64,000 nt of DNA, from assembly GCA_964016885.1 (NCBI GenBank), contig OZ024743.1, forward strand, positions 17,794,001-17,858,000, in the 5' to 3' direction. The notes below the pieces were generated by a model. That model saw nothing but the letters and a program-made list of their open reading frames with translations. It made no database searches and was not told the DNA's origin. A program made the translations under genes and the position numbers. The stretch is from Eledone cirrhosa. Its lineage: Eukaryota. Shown here piece after piece: positions 37,806 through 50,857 of the stretch (position 1 is its first letter; every line of letters begins with the position of its first letter).

Positions 37806-40800
37806 TCCTTGAATCTCAGTCATTGATGTTGGTTAACTGGAAAGTCCGTTGGATTGAATATCAAGCCACTACCTGCAGCCTCAGATATTCAGGACGTATC
37901 GGAGGGTTCTTGCCGTTCCAAGCAAGCATGCCTTTTGAAGCGTTCCAAAAAGCGTGAAGGGGCCGATTTTCTTTAACCATCCCTGGAAACCTTTGGAGAT
38001 AGTCCCCAGTGCGCCTATGACAATCGGGATCACTTTGACTTCATGGCAGTTCCAAATCCTTTTCACCTCCCACTTTAGGTCCTGGTATCGGTTAATTTTC
38101 TCCCTCTCCTTCTCTTGCACTCTCGTGTCGAACGGGCAGGCCACATCCACAATCAGGCACGATCTTTTTTCTTTGTCCACAACCACCAGGTCAGGTCTAT
38201 TGTGTTCCAGTTTTTTGTCCGTCTGTATCCTAAAATCCCACAGCACCTTCACCTGACTGTTCTCCATCACCGCCTCTGGCCTATGCTCATACCATTTCTC
38301 AGAATGTGGTAGATTGTTTACTTTGCACAGGTGCCAGTGGATCACCCTGCCCATCACATCGTGTCTCCAGCCCTTATAGTGGGTCTGGGCTAGGTGTTTA
38401 CACTCGGACACAATGTGAGCCACAGTCTCCTCTCTCTCTCCACAGATCCTGCACAGTGGGCTAGCCTCCTCCTTGTAGATATGGTGCTTCAACCACTTCG
38501 TTTTGAGGGCCTGCTCCTGCGCAGCCATTAGCATTCCTTCTGTAGCCTTTTTGAGGTCTCCTCTTCTCAACCAGTTCCATGTCTGTGGATCTCTAAATTC
38601 AGTTTTCTCAAAGAAGGTACTATGAAGGGATTTTCCCTTAAGGCTGCTCTTCCTCCTTGATGTTATTTCCTCCTTGGGTATCCCCTGGCCTACTCTCCCC
38701 TCCTTCAGTACAGCTCTGAGCATTGGCTCCTTACTATAGGTCACGTATTTGTATAGGTTGTTTTTCTCCATCTGAACACAGTCCTCTATGCTGATAAGAC
38801 CTCTTCCACCCTCAGATCTCCTTAGGTAGAGTCTATCGACATCACTCCTCTTGTGGAACATGTTGTAGATAGTCAATAGCTTCCTAGTCTTCCTATCCAT
38901 TTCTTTTTGTTCAGCAACATTCCATCTCAGAATTCCCGCACTGTACCTAATAATAGACACAGCTCGGGAATTTACTGCGCTTATGGCATTTCTGCTGTTC
39001 AGATGTGACTTCAATACGCTCCTTACTCTCCGAATGTATTCAGTTCTTAACAATTCCTTCATTTTTTTGTTCTTTATGCCATCAGCCTCCAGAACGCCCA
39101 AATACTTGTATCCTTCCTCAGAGTCAATTTCCTTTATCATCTCACCTGTTGGTATCTGGATCCCGTTACTTCTGCTCAACCTACCCCTCCTCATCACAAT
39201 GACTCCACATTTACCAATACCAAACTGCATACATATATCACTGCTGAAAATACGGACAGTGTCAACAAGCACATCCAACTCCTTCTCACTTTTCCCGAAG
39301 AGCTTAAGATCGTCCATGAAGAGGAGGTGATTGATGGTAAGCTCTCCCCTTCCCAACTTGTATCCTGCTCTCACTTTTCGCAGCATAATGGTCAAGGGCA
39401 TCAGGGCAAGGACAAACAACAGAGGGGACAGGCTATCTCCCTGGAAGATACGTCTCTTGATCTTCACGCTTCCCAAGGATACTCCAGTTGATGTCAACTC
39501 TGTCTCCCAGGACCCCATACTCCTGCCCAGCAACTCTCTGATGTTATCTGCCACCCTGAAGATCTCCAGGCTTTTGGTGATCCAGGAATGAGGCACCATG
39601 TCAAATGCCTTTCTGTAGTCTATCCATCCCATGGCAAGATCAGTGTGTCTCCTCCTGCAATTCCCCATTACCATCTTATCAATAAGCAACTGGTCCTTTG
39701 TACCACGTGACTTCTTTCGGCATCCTTTCTGTTCGTCCGGCAACAAGTTGTTTGTGTGGAGGTGATGGTAGATTTCCTCAGACACAATGCTCGTCAACAG
39801 TTTCCACATTACGGGCAGACATGTGATAGGTCTATAGTTGGTAACATCATTACCCTTGATTCGGTCTTTCATTATCAGAACTGTGGTACCTTTTGTCAAC
39901 CACTCTGGCACCTCACCCGACACCAAGCAGTCATTGAACATGGCCGTCAGCTTCGGGTGGAGGGATGTTAAATGTTTAATCCAATACCCCTGCACACCAT
40001 CTGGGCCTGGTGATTTCCAGTTGGTTAGTTTTTTGGCTTGCCCCTTAAGAGTTTCAACTGTGATACTCAAATCAGTCTGTTGCTGTGCCTGCTCACCGAT
40101 CTCCCTCTGTACTGTCTCAATCCACCCTGCCTGGGCATTGTGTCTAACATCCTGCTCCCATATTCCTCTCCAGAATGTTTTAGCTTGTTCCGCCCCAGGG
40201 ATCAAGTCGGTGCCTCTTTCTTTCCCCTCAAGCTGTCCAAACAGCATCTTCTGGTTGTTGTCGAACATGCGGTTCTGTTTATACTGACTGACTCTGTTCT
40301 CGTATCGCCTGATTTTGGCACTCTTTGCTACAATGCGTTGCTTCAATTCCTCTATGATAATATTTAGCTTTTTACTCCTAGTTTTGTATTTTATTTCCAG
40401 TCTATTTTTAGTGCCTATGTTTTTTAGTGTCCCATTCAGTAGTGACTCAAGCTTTCCTATGTCATTTCTCATTTCCCCGATTTGCCCACTCAGTCGCTTC
40501 TTCCACCACGGCTCTGCTCTTTCTTGTCTGTTGTTTCCTCTCGCTTTTATACCAAGTAGTTTCCTCACCGTATTTGCTGTTGCTTTGAGGATATTGTTGC
40601 ACTGGTGAAGACTCCTCGCCTCAAGGTATGGGATGACTTTGTTTACCTTAGCTGTTGTTTCTTTTAACTTTTTCCTGTCTACAAATCTTAGGTTCATAGG
40701 TCTCCCACTATCATTGTTCAACTCATCTACCACTAAATTTAGGATGTCAACCGAATCTTGTCCTAGCCCGTCAGCATTCATCTCCTCAGTGGCCGTATCT

Positions 40801-42316
40801 CTGTTCCAGGTATTATTTATCTCAGTATTCAGATCATTGTCTGCTTCGGGTGGTTCCTCCGCTCTCAGGACCTCCTCACCTTCATTTCCCGCCGGCTCGC
40901 TTGTCTGGCATACTACACCCGCCATCTCCAAGCCATTCTCTCTGCTCAGTTCCTCCAGTTCCAGCTCGCTTATCCACCCATTAGTTCTTATTACCCGAGC
41001 CTGCCCGGCCAATTTTTGTTCATCTAATTTAAATAAACCAATCTCGTTCCAGATGTTATGCATCCGTCTCCTGTAGCCCCTCTCCTTGGGGTTACTTTTC
41101 AGGTAGCATTGCATAACAGTTCTATTCAATTCTTTCGTCCAGTTGGTTCTGGCCCCTTTCCTTCTTCTTCTTCCTCCAACATCAGCAGTATTTCGTTGAC
41201 AGTCAGGTTCCTGCTGCTGAGCCAGGGGGCACCTGTTGGGTGAGAGTCTGTCACATGACGTTCTAGTCTCCATTTCACCGTTATTCGAACTGTTTATGTT
41301 CGATATTTAAACACTCTTATCGAGGATTGGCGAATGTATGTTTACATAGCCATCTGTGGATCCGCCATCCCACTTGGCCCTTGTGTGGCATTATCACCAC
41401 GCTGTATACGGACACACATAAACAAACAAACACACGGGCAGAAAGGGCCCCAAAAATGAATAAGCATAAGTTTCATTGTAATGTAGTATTCGAATGTCTG
41501 ACTTAGTTTTTGTTTTTTAAGTTTTACTTTTTCCCCCCTCTTCTCTGTCCGTCCGCCTGCCTCTCTCTTCATTCTTATTTTCTTTACGTTTTGGGGGTTT
41601 CTTTTTTTGTTTTTGTTTTTCTCTGTTTTTCTCGTTTTTTACTGTTGTTGCTGTGCTGCTTTTGTTGTTTATTTTTTCTTTTTTCTTTTGAGTCTATCTA
41701 TATATTTTGATGCCTTCCTCTTTTTTAGCAGTAGGGATTCTATAATGTGGTGGCAGCAGCCAGCTAAAAGAAGAAGTGGGAGACTGGCGGCGGTAGCGAT
41801 ACTGAGACAGTGGTGGTGGTGATGTCGATACCGAGGCAGTGGTGGCGGTGATGTGACCGTATTACTGTAGCGATGGTGCTGTAGCGGTGGCAGCAGTGAA
41901 GGAGTGAAGGGGTGGTGGCGGCGGTGATGGGATAATGGTTGTAATGATGGCCGTAGTGATCGGTGGTGGTTTAGTGTACACAGGTGATAGGGTGGGTGGT
42001 GTATCTAGTTTCTGGTGTTGGTGAGTTTGGCTGTTCTATATAGTGTATACAGAGGAGGAGGGGGGGGGGGGGTTCTTCTTCCATTTATAGCCATTTTCTT
42101 TTTTGGATATACAGTGTACAATACAAAGTTGAATATTTGAATATTTGAGCCTTATAACAATATATTTTGGGTCCGAATTTTTTGGGGCTCAAGCCGGGTG
42201 CTTTACGTAGCATTTGTACTAAGAGTTGTTATTTCACAAATGGTTTAAATATGTTAAAAATTCAAAACTTACGGGAGCGATTTCATGACCTCCGTCACCT
42301 CGTGCGTCTTCTTCCC
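37806..42316 (-). mobile_element. R4/Dong-like RLE LINE, full length, inserted in (TAA)n
   Basis: ~1-kb 5' UTR, single intact ORF, ~75-bp 3' UTR, (ATT)n tracts at 37718-37805 and 42317-42408. Confidence 0.92.
37881..41273 (-). CDS. Non-LTR retrotransposon polyprotein: RT + CCHC knuckle + restriction-like endonuclease (1130 aa)
   Basis: WKSPGPDG, NYRPITCL, IDYRKAFD, IFQGDSLSP, HLLFMDDLKL, CRICGEREETVAHIVSEC, RHD, HNRPDLV..IVDVACP..EREKINRYQDL (PD-(D/E)xK). Confidence 0.93.
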   Translation of the reverse strand: METRTSCDRLSPNRCPLAQQQEPDCQRNTADVGGRRRRKGARTNWTKELNRTVMQCYLKSNPKERGYRRRMHNIWNEIGLFKLDEQKLAGQARVIRTNGWISELELEELSRENGLEMAGVVCQTSEPAGNEGEEVLRAEEPPEADNDLNTEINNTWNRDTATEEMNADGLGQDSVDILNLVVDELNNDSGRPMNLRFVDRKKLKETTAKVNKVIPYLEARSLHQCNNILKATANTVRKLLGIKARGNNRQERAEPWWKKRLSGQIGEMRNDIGKLESLLNGTLKNIGTKNRLEIKYKTRSKKLNIIIEELKQRIVAKSAKIRRYENRVSQYKQNRMFDNNQKMLFGQLEGKERGTDLIPGAEQAKTFWRGIWEQDVRHNAQAGWIETVQREIGEQAQQQTDLSITVETLKGQAKKLTNWKSPGPDGVQGYWIKHLTSLHPKLTAMFNDCLVSGEVPEWLTKGTTVLIMKDRIKGNDVTNYRPITCLPVMWKLLTSIVSEEIYHHLHTNNLLPDEQKGCRKKSRGTKDQLLIDKMVMGNCRRRHTDLAMGWIDYRKAFDMVPHSWITKSLEIFRVADNIRELLGRSMGSWETELTSTGVSLGSVKIKRRIFQGDSLSPLLFVLALMPLTIMLRKVRAGYKLGRGELTINHLLFMDDLKLFGKSEKELDVLVDTVRIFSSDICMQFGIGKCGVIVMRRGRLSRSNGIQIPTGEMIKEIDSEEGYKYLGVLEADGIKNKKMKELLRTEYIRRVRSVLKSHLNSRNAISAVNSRAVSIIRYSAGILRWNVAEQKEMDRKTRKLLTIYNMFHKRSDVDRLYLRRSEGGRGLISIEDCVQMEKNNLYKYVTYSKEPMLRAVLKEGRVGQGIPKEEITSRRKSSLKGKSLHSTFFEKTEFRDPQTWNWLRRGDLKKATEGMLMAAQEQALKTKWLKHHIYKEEASPLCRICGEREETVAHIVSECKHLAQTHYKGWRHDVMGRVIHWHLCKVNNLPHSEKWYEHRPEAVMENSQVKVLWDFRIQTDKKLEHNRPDLVVVDKEKRSCLIVDVACPFDTRVQEKEREKINRYQDLKWEVKRIWNCHEVKVIPIVIGALGTISKGFQGWLKKIGPFTLFGTLQKACLLGTARTLRYVLNI

Positions 42317-42395
<79 letters not shown>

Positions 42396-43292
42396 CATTA
42401 TTTTATTATATACATGTGTGTGTGTGTATGTGTGTGTGTTTTACGATGTTTTAGAGTGTAGGGATGCGTCTGAGCAAATCAATAATTCTTCTTCTTGAAA
42501 CTAGGCCTAATAGATAAGAGAATAAGTGAATGTATGATGTATGTATTCGTGGTATTAGAGAATATATGCAAATATATTTCAATGGAAATGATACGAAGTA
42601 TAGTATGCACTTTGAAAATATTCATAGAGCTAAGACGTTTAATCAAAATTGTATCATGCAAGTGCAATCAGCTCTTAGGGACACTTTCGTATACATAATT
42701 TATTCATTTTCTAGTAACTGATTATATTTAGCTGTTAATTGTTAGTTATACTTCATCATACTGAACCCTTTTATTGCATTTAATATATGGTCGCCATTTT
42801 GGATATATCTCGCTTAGATTCCATTAATGGCATTCTTCCAAACACCTTTATTTAACATATTTTCTCCTGTGGCTTTAAGCCAATTACGGAAGCTTCATTT
42901 CTTGGTGTTAGATTTATTAGCGTTCTTTTAATATTTTATTCACTCTATTTTATCATTTCATCCAATTCTATTGATTATTATACTTCTTTTGTTAGAGTGT
43001 ATCATAGATCTATGATATGATCTAAAGATTTTCTCGTAGTGTCATGTGATATTCTATATGCTGTATTTCTGAAAATATTTCTCAGGATAGACTAACTTGC
43101 TGCGAGGGATACAGAGCGAAAACGAAAGCATATAGTAAAGTATTTTCTTATTTCATTATTTCTCTTGTATTTCCATTCGTTCACCTGTTGTTTCTTCCTT
43201 TACAAATTTATTTCATTGCAAATATTGGAAATTAATTGATTTTAGAAGTTCCTCGATGTCATAATGCGTTGTATTATGATATGAATATAGAA

Positions 43293-43296
43293 ATAG

Positions 43297-43339
<43 letters not shown>

Positions 43340-43353
43340 GAGAGAAAGAGAGA

Positions 43354-43426
<73 letters not shown>
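43293..43426. repeat. Compound (GATA)n-(GA)n microsatellite
   Basis: Direct reading. Confidence 0.9.
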
Positions 43427-44824
43427 CAATTAAAATACGCCCAGAAATATACACTCAATGGAACATGCACGCATAAACATTTAAATATATGCACATGCAA
43501 TTACACGGATGGATTCATTTCGTTTTAAACAGATTGTAAAATGTTCATTCTTCGTTGCTCCTACTCTCAAAGACACTCTCAAGCCACCACGCTAAAAAAA
43601 TTACATTCCGCCCAAAACATCTATATTCCTCTACAAATACAGAATGCCCAAACAACTGTTCACACACATGTATTTATAACATATCGGACCCATCGGTCTC
43701 ACCTAGAACACATACATATTCACGTACAAATAGCCGATATACACACACATACGGTTGGTATAATATACCAATATATATGAGAACGCTGTTATTATATCAC
43801 TATCCCTCCCCTCCCTACACATTCGAATGCATGCAGCCGTACGTGCGCACATATTACGTACACAAATGGACTCTTGCACATAGCATCTACATTCCCATGT
43901 AAATGTCCTCGCTTGGGGGTGCCTCTATTTAACTGACCCTGAAAGCCGGGAAAGTGATGCCGTTGGTGTTGAATGCTTCTCAACTTTTAAACCCAAACAC
44001 CACTTTCCGACTCTATCCAGCTCCATGCACGTAATAACTTTGCACGTCAGATTTCAGCCGTTTGCGATTGTACCACCATAGCGTCGCATCCGAAGACAAA
44101 CAATTTCTCTTATGGCCATACCGTGTGATGAAATATATGATGCCACACTCCTTTTTGCTCTAACCACCATGTCTACACAACTCCTTTGACTCAATTTCTA
44201 TAATTCTAGGAAATACTGACAAATTTCAAACCAGTTAATTTGTTCTCTTCTGACAGATATTTGGGTATCAGTTTTGCGCAGCCTTTCCGCGTGTGCAAAT
44301 AGTGCGTTAAATCTCCAAAACTACGTTTATTCAAGCCCGTTTCTATATGCAATCACCTTAATATTTAATCAGTGATCTTTCGCAAACACCGCTAACACTT
44401 CTTCTATGTTTTGTTCATTTCATGACTAGATTGACATCACCGAAAGAGGTTAGATTTCCAAACTTTATTCAGGCCTAAACGAGAGCGTTTGGCCATATCA
44501 AATCTTTAACTGGCGATGTCACGTCGTCTAGGTACGTTTGTATTATATGGCTGAATTGTTGAACTTCACAGAACATTGATGAAGTGACTCTGTCCGATAA
44601 GTTGGAACATCACAAACTCATCAAAGTTTATGAGCACGTCTGAACGTCTGTAGGTCTGAATCTAAGCAGCATTAAATTCACATCTGACTCAATTGATCAT
44701 GTTCAAGCACATGTGTATGTGATGCCAATGTCTCTATAATCATGGCAATATCAATCAACGATGTACTGCAATACTTGTCATACAGAGTAAAATATTTAAA
44801 GTCAAATCTCTTATCTATATATTA

Positions 44825-44857
<33 letters not shown>

Positions 44858-44989
44858 TCTATCTCTCTCTCTCTACCTCTGTGTATGTATATATATATAT
44901 ATATATCCGGGAGAGATGACCCCTTAGTCTTTGTCAAGGCAGAATTCTAGGAGAAGGAAAACTCTGATATAACACCTGCAACATTGAGG

Positions 44990-45295
44990 GTATCCAATGA
45001 TGTTGACTTGTTCTTCTTTTTGGTAAATACCATATTGGTTAAGAGAGTGGTACTGGCTTTGTGCAGTGCCTTCGCTCACTATAAAAGCTTCACGGCACAG
45101 GCATTGTTTTATATCTGGGGATTTCTTTGCACTTGTCATCACATGGTACCAAGGGCCCAGCATTATGTGTCAATAATTGTCATAAGTGTAGTGTTTGTAC
45201 CAGAGTTTTCTAAAAAGGCACACTCGTTCAGAGCATCGGTAGGGGTTCTCCTACATGGATATAAATTAGTGGCCGTACTTGAAAATGAGTTGGCA

Positions 45296-45300
<5 letters not shown>
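44990..45300 (-). pseudogene. Probable Penelope-like endonuclease C-terminal remnant
   Basis: KQCLCREAFIV......SLNQ resembles the PLE C-terminal (R/L)EA..I......LN motif; bounded by (TA)n. Confidence 0.4.
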
Positions 45301-45368
<68 letters not shown>

Positions 45369-48300
45369 TTCATAAATACATTTATATAATATATACTTAA
45401 TTGGTGGAAGCACTTTTACAGCATTTTTGGCGTCTGTATTTAAACATATATACGCTACATTTAAGGTAGCCTCACTCCCCAAGAGGAATATGTTTTTGTA
45501 ACGAAACAAACACGAAATGAATAAAACATATATAGTTTTCTAGATGTTCCTTTATGAGTATATCATAACGTAATCTGTATATTCCGGGAGTATCAGTTGA
45601 CGCATATTCAAGATTGCTTAACTGTTTATCGGGGACACTAACTCAAAATGTTATGGCATAGAATATACTATAGTATGCGTATCGCAATTTGTATGATGAT
45701 CCCCTGCTGGAGAAGCTCATTTACATATAGCGAAGAGAAAATATCGGCTGGAAGTGGTAATTTGCATATTTCGCGAGCTTGGCTGAATATATTAAATTGG
45801 CGGCAGCACGAAGACAGTGTTGAAGCATAATAGATATGTATATGACGACTAATATAAACGTACCTCATATATTTATATATGTCCAGTCGATGTATCTCGT
45901 GTACATTCAAAAGTGATGGATCACCTGCATATGAAATATTCAAACAAATGGATAATATATTTATTTACGCATTTACACGCGAAATACCTACGTCAGAATA
46001 TTACAGTCGTGTATTACCTCCTGAGTGTGGACTGAATATATTTTCTCTTTTTGTAAATACATTTGCAATTTATATTCTGACGTTAGGCTTCCCTGAATGC
46101 ATGCTAAATTATGTGACTCCACCATTACATAATGCTGATTTGAACAGGGAAAACGCGACATATTAAATATTAATATGGATACTACCTGTAGTTCCACCTT
46201 CCGTTGGTACTCGGAACCTTTTTTCCCTCGACGAACTGGTTGAAATATATATGGCTTCTTTTTCTTTATTTTTTTTTCAATAAATATACAAATTTGTAGC
46301 ACTCGTATAAAATATACAATAGAAAGTTATAAGAAAAAGAAAACAATGTGGGAAATAGCATGCGGTATTTATCTTTTCAAACTTGTTTGCAAATATTTTT
46401 CTTAAGGTTATATATTTCTTCAAACATTAACATGTTATATCTCGCTGTGAATATGTTTTCTATGCACAATAAAATATAAGGAAATACATTCAAATTCATA
46501 GGAGTGGTAAAATCAGTGACAGAATATTTATTGTATCTACGAGGAGAAATATTTGATTGAACATATATGCTATATGAGAGGAATTTGTGTGTAGAAGCGC
46601 GGGCTAGTTATATGCACTCATTCGTAGGATAATGTATTCGATTGTCTCAAATACACCCAATTTCATATCCATGTATACAGATATATACAGATATGGGAGT
46701 GTGTGGCTGTGAAACATATACATATGCATCTGGTCCGAAAAACAAAGGAACCAAATTATTTATATTGGATTTTTTTTCAGCAAGCTACTTTTTTTCCATA
46801 TTTGTTCCATTGCACAAAAAGGGGGGTTGTACCTAAGTCCAGATTTGCCACACTTTGTATCACCCTAAATAGCATTCAGAACTACGTGCCTAAGGCACCT
46901 TAATTGCACTACATATTTATTCATTCTTCGAGAAGCTTCAATTCTCATTAGCGGAACCGACGGTCGTCCAACAAATACACAGGACTAGAGAGAGGGTGTG
47001 TGAGAGAGAGAGAGAGAGTGTGTGTGAAAGAGAAAGAATTTGAGAGAGAGAGAAAGGTTGAGATAGAGAGTGTTAGAAAGAAAGAGAGAGTGAGCGAGAT
47101 GCATTTATTTTCGGAAAACTGACTATATCTATTATATGAAAAAAGGAATATATATACCTTTTAGTACGAGGATTAAAATAATAAGGTGTCGAGCAGTTTG
47201 TTGGAAATTCAATAAAGTGTCGTTTTTTTACTTAACTGTTCGATATAACGTTGTAATTTCGAAATGCTTACGTATTGGTTTGATTTTTTTTACGTTCTAA
47301 AACCTTTGCGTATATCAATCACGTAAATAGATCGAAGTACTAGACGGTGGTGTATCCTTGCATATATAATTATGCGTTTGGGATACACATGATACTTTTG
47401 ACAGTATCCAACGTGAATACGCTTCATATGGTCACAATATTCGATAGAAACACAATAATTCACCTTCAAATATAACATTCAACCTTCTAAAATTAAGCAA
47501 GGTCATGTTATAAAATATAAATTACAGTTACGAAAGAGTGTAGAGAAAGAGAGCCTGGGGAGGATTGAAGGAAGGAGAGTGAAGGGGAGGGAGAGGTTCA
47601 GGGAAGAATATAATTTGTCCATAAAAATATCTGTTAAAGCGCGATATGACTGAAAAGAAATTAATTTAGTATTTGAAAATCCATTAGCACTTTTGTCATT
47701 ATTTTTGGATTGATCAATATAATCACCGGGATTTCTATTACTCAATGACCGCTTCGATGTTTTCTAAGCGACGTTGAACAAGATATTTAAATGGCAGTGG
47801 TAAAGTCAACATACATCTATGTATTCACTGGTGTTTCTGCAAACCCTACACATTGTGATTATTGTAGAACACAGTATATTTTCCAACACGGTGATTGTAG
47901 TCCTAAATTAGTTTGTGTCTGAAAAAAAATATGATTGTCACGACTGCTGCAACACTGATTATCATCCTGTCGAAACCACAGTTTTGCTATTGGACTAAAT
48001 AACTAAAATTTCCTTGCTGAGAATCTCCGGTTTTTCGACGTTGAAATATGATTTTGTCTACTAATTTATTCCTACTGTTTCTTGGACAAGATCGAATATT
48101 GTGTCCCCTTTCTTGTCTATTCAAACCCTTGAAAATACCAATAAAATCTTTGTTGAGAAGTGAGGATGAGCGAAAGTGATAATTATCCTGTCTATTTTAT
48201 ATTTGAATTCTAAAGTCTAACAACTGTACATAATTACAACCTATAGGACAAGTGTAAATAAGTCATAAAAGAGGCACCACAGATGCCACGACAACATACC

Positions 48301-48732
48301 ATCTAAGACTGTGTTAAGATTTGTACTTACGATATACGCATATAATGTTAAGTATATAAGTTACTACGTAATATAGAAATATTTTCGAATATAATTCGTA
48401 ATAAAGAAGTAATTGGTAATTCACTGATCACAAATGACAGTGGATAGTAATGACTATACATGTTGTTTAAATGAAGACAACATCGTGTTTAATATACCCA
48501 AGGGAAAATGAGAACCTCTCTATGTGGCGTTATATGTTTGTCAGTGTACCGAGGACACGCAGACTGCAAGTTATTGTTTTTTCAGATCTATAAGGAACGT
48601 AATCTCATGTAATTAATAGCAGAAAAACAACGACACACGCAACGCAATTTATCTATATCTCACTCTATCTCTCTCTCTCTCTCTATCCCTCTCTCTCTCT
48701 ATATATTATATATATATATATATATATATCTC

Positions 48733-48790
<58 letters not shown>

Positions 48791-49203
48791 CTGTCTCAAT
48801 ACATGTATGTTCTGTTCCTCCACTCTCTCAGTAAAACGAAGTTAGATAGACAGGGGAGGAGAGAGTCACATGCACACACGCACACACACACACACACACA
48901 GACACACACACACACATACACGCATCAACACACATTTATATATATATTTATATATATATTTCAAAGGGTCCGTCGAGCCGCAGATTACAGAGTCGTGTAA
49001 GATCGATACAGATCGAACCTTGAGCTGATTAGTGGCGAAACGCCCGTCATCAACCAATAAATGTAATGAAGGAGTAACCAATCGTCCGTCTTATCTTTTC
49101 ACTAAAATACACTCTAGCTAGCTCTACACCTCGAAACTGAAATGAACCTAAACATCGTGTGCTCATCCGGGTGAACCTACAGTAACTCCAAGTTACACTT
49201 CCT

Positions 49204-49253
<50 letters not shown>

Positions 49254-49416
49254 GAGTCCAGAAATAGCCGTCGAAACGGCTTGAGCTCAGCCGTCGGGGT
49301 CACATTTTTCCTATTTCTCACTCTACTACCCTAAGTATTGAGTACTCTGGTGAGTTATGGTCCATCTAGTTCCTTACCACTATTCCTTTGTTATATATAT
49401 ATATATATATATATAT

Positions 49417-49479
49417 ACTGTGCTGACGATAGCTAATAAGCTTGAAACTAGTAGATATTATGTGTACTAGTACTAGTAC
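49417..49479 (+). ncRNA. Hammerhead ribozyme motif
   Basis: CTGACGA t agct(aata)agct t GAA actagta(gatattatgtg)tactagt A ctagtac; helix I 5' strand imperfect. Confidence 0.55.
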
Positions 49480-49592
49480 ATATAATAAATGTTTGGTAAA
49501 TCCATACGTACGTATATATATGTCTGCATGTATGTCTGTATATACATACTACTGTACGTCTATAATCATATAAGTATATTTACGTATACATA

Positions 49593-49649
<57 letters not shown>

Positions 49650-49710
49650 TTACCAGCAAAAAGGTCCGACCACACGTTCATTACAGAAGCGGGCTAGATC
49701 GATACGGATA

Positions 49711-49745
<35 letters not shown>

Positions 49746-49915
49746 ATATATAGGAACGAGTAGGACCCCGACGGCTGAGCTCAAGCCGTTTCGACGGTTA
49801 ATTCTGGACTATTAGCCACTCTACTACCCTAAGTATTGAGTACTTTGGTGTTTTATGGTCGACCTGGTTCCTTACCACATTTCCTTCGTTATATATATAT
49901 ATATACATATGTATA

Positions 49916-50016
<101 letters not shown>

Positions 50017-50151
50017 GTGAGGTTATTTTTTTTTACAAAATGAAAAATAACCGAGGTGTCCTACACGAGTGAAAGTATAAAGAAAAAGAGATGATATCGA
50101 AAATGCAACTGGAGTCTTATTATTTTTTTAAATATATATATTTATTTCGTT

Positions 50152-50189
50152 CCTTTACCGGTTTCGCAGTTCTTCTGCTTTTCAAAAGG
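50152..50189 (-). ncRNA. Minimal hammerhead ribozyme, U3-A8 variant
   Basis: Minus strand: cctt TTGAAAA gcag(aagaa)ctgc GAA accggt A aagg; palindromic helix III ACCGGT. Confidence 0.7.
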
Positions 50190-50248
50190 TGAGTTGAGAT
50201 GGAGGGTCTGTTGCTTTTCTCACATCTGAGAAATATATATATATATAT

Positions 50249-50857
50249 ATTTCGTTTCTGAATTTGTTTAGCAAGATTCTTTATCTGAAATCGTGTGTTG
50301 AAACCGATATTGTTATACTTTGGGAGGGTCATGTTGCCAATAAGAAACACACGCACCATTGCCTTCACTTCAATTTATTATATATTTATAAATTTATAAA
50401 TTTACAAATCCAAAAACCTATAAATTTCTGGTTGGTTGGTTGGTTCCACAACCAGATAGTTGTTTATATATAGTCATAGTCCTTTCGCCACACACTCTGT
50501 GACCTCTTCAGTGACTGGGTATTCCTTTCTTTGTTTCTGTGCCTTTCCTTTCTTCTGGCCTACGCCATTTTGTTTCTCATTTTGAAACAAAATGGCGTAG
50601 GACAGAAGAAAGGAAAGGCACAGAAACAAAGAAAGGAATCCCCAGTCACTGAAGAGGTCACAGAGTGTGTGACGAAAGCACTATGACTATATATAAACAA
50701 CTATCTGGTTGTGGAACCAACCAACCAACCAAGCAGAAATTTATAGGTTTGTGGATTTGTAAATTCATAAATTTATAAATATATAATAAATTGAAGTGAA
50801 ACAACTGGTGCGTGTGTTTCTTATTGGCAACATGACCCTCCCAAAGTATAACAATAT
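50249..50857. mobile_element. Family A fold-back: ~270-bp arms, 7-nt loop, HHR in each arm
   Basis: 50307-50576 inverted against 50584-50857; HHRs at 50472-50516 (-) and 50644-50688 (+): agtca CTGAAGA g gtcaca..tgtgac GAAA gcac ta tgact. Confidence 0.85.

Noticed and set aside
37954-41243. Plus-strand ORFs of 60-150 aa overlapping the R4/Dong ORF (similar ones overlap the RTE)
   Set aside because: They are antisense shadow frames of the retrotransposon ORF with no independent motifs.
43900-44650. Possible ancient LINE remnant on the minus strand
   Set aside because: Only faint motif echoes (GDVN-like); too decayed to support a call.
44907-44960. gccTTGACAA on the minus strand as another U3-A8 HHR
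   Set aside because: The sequence ends in (TA)n before any GAAA half, so the fold cannot be completed.
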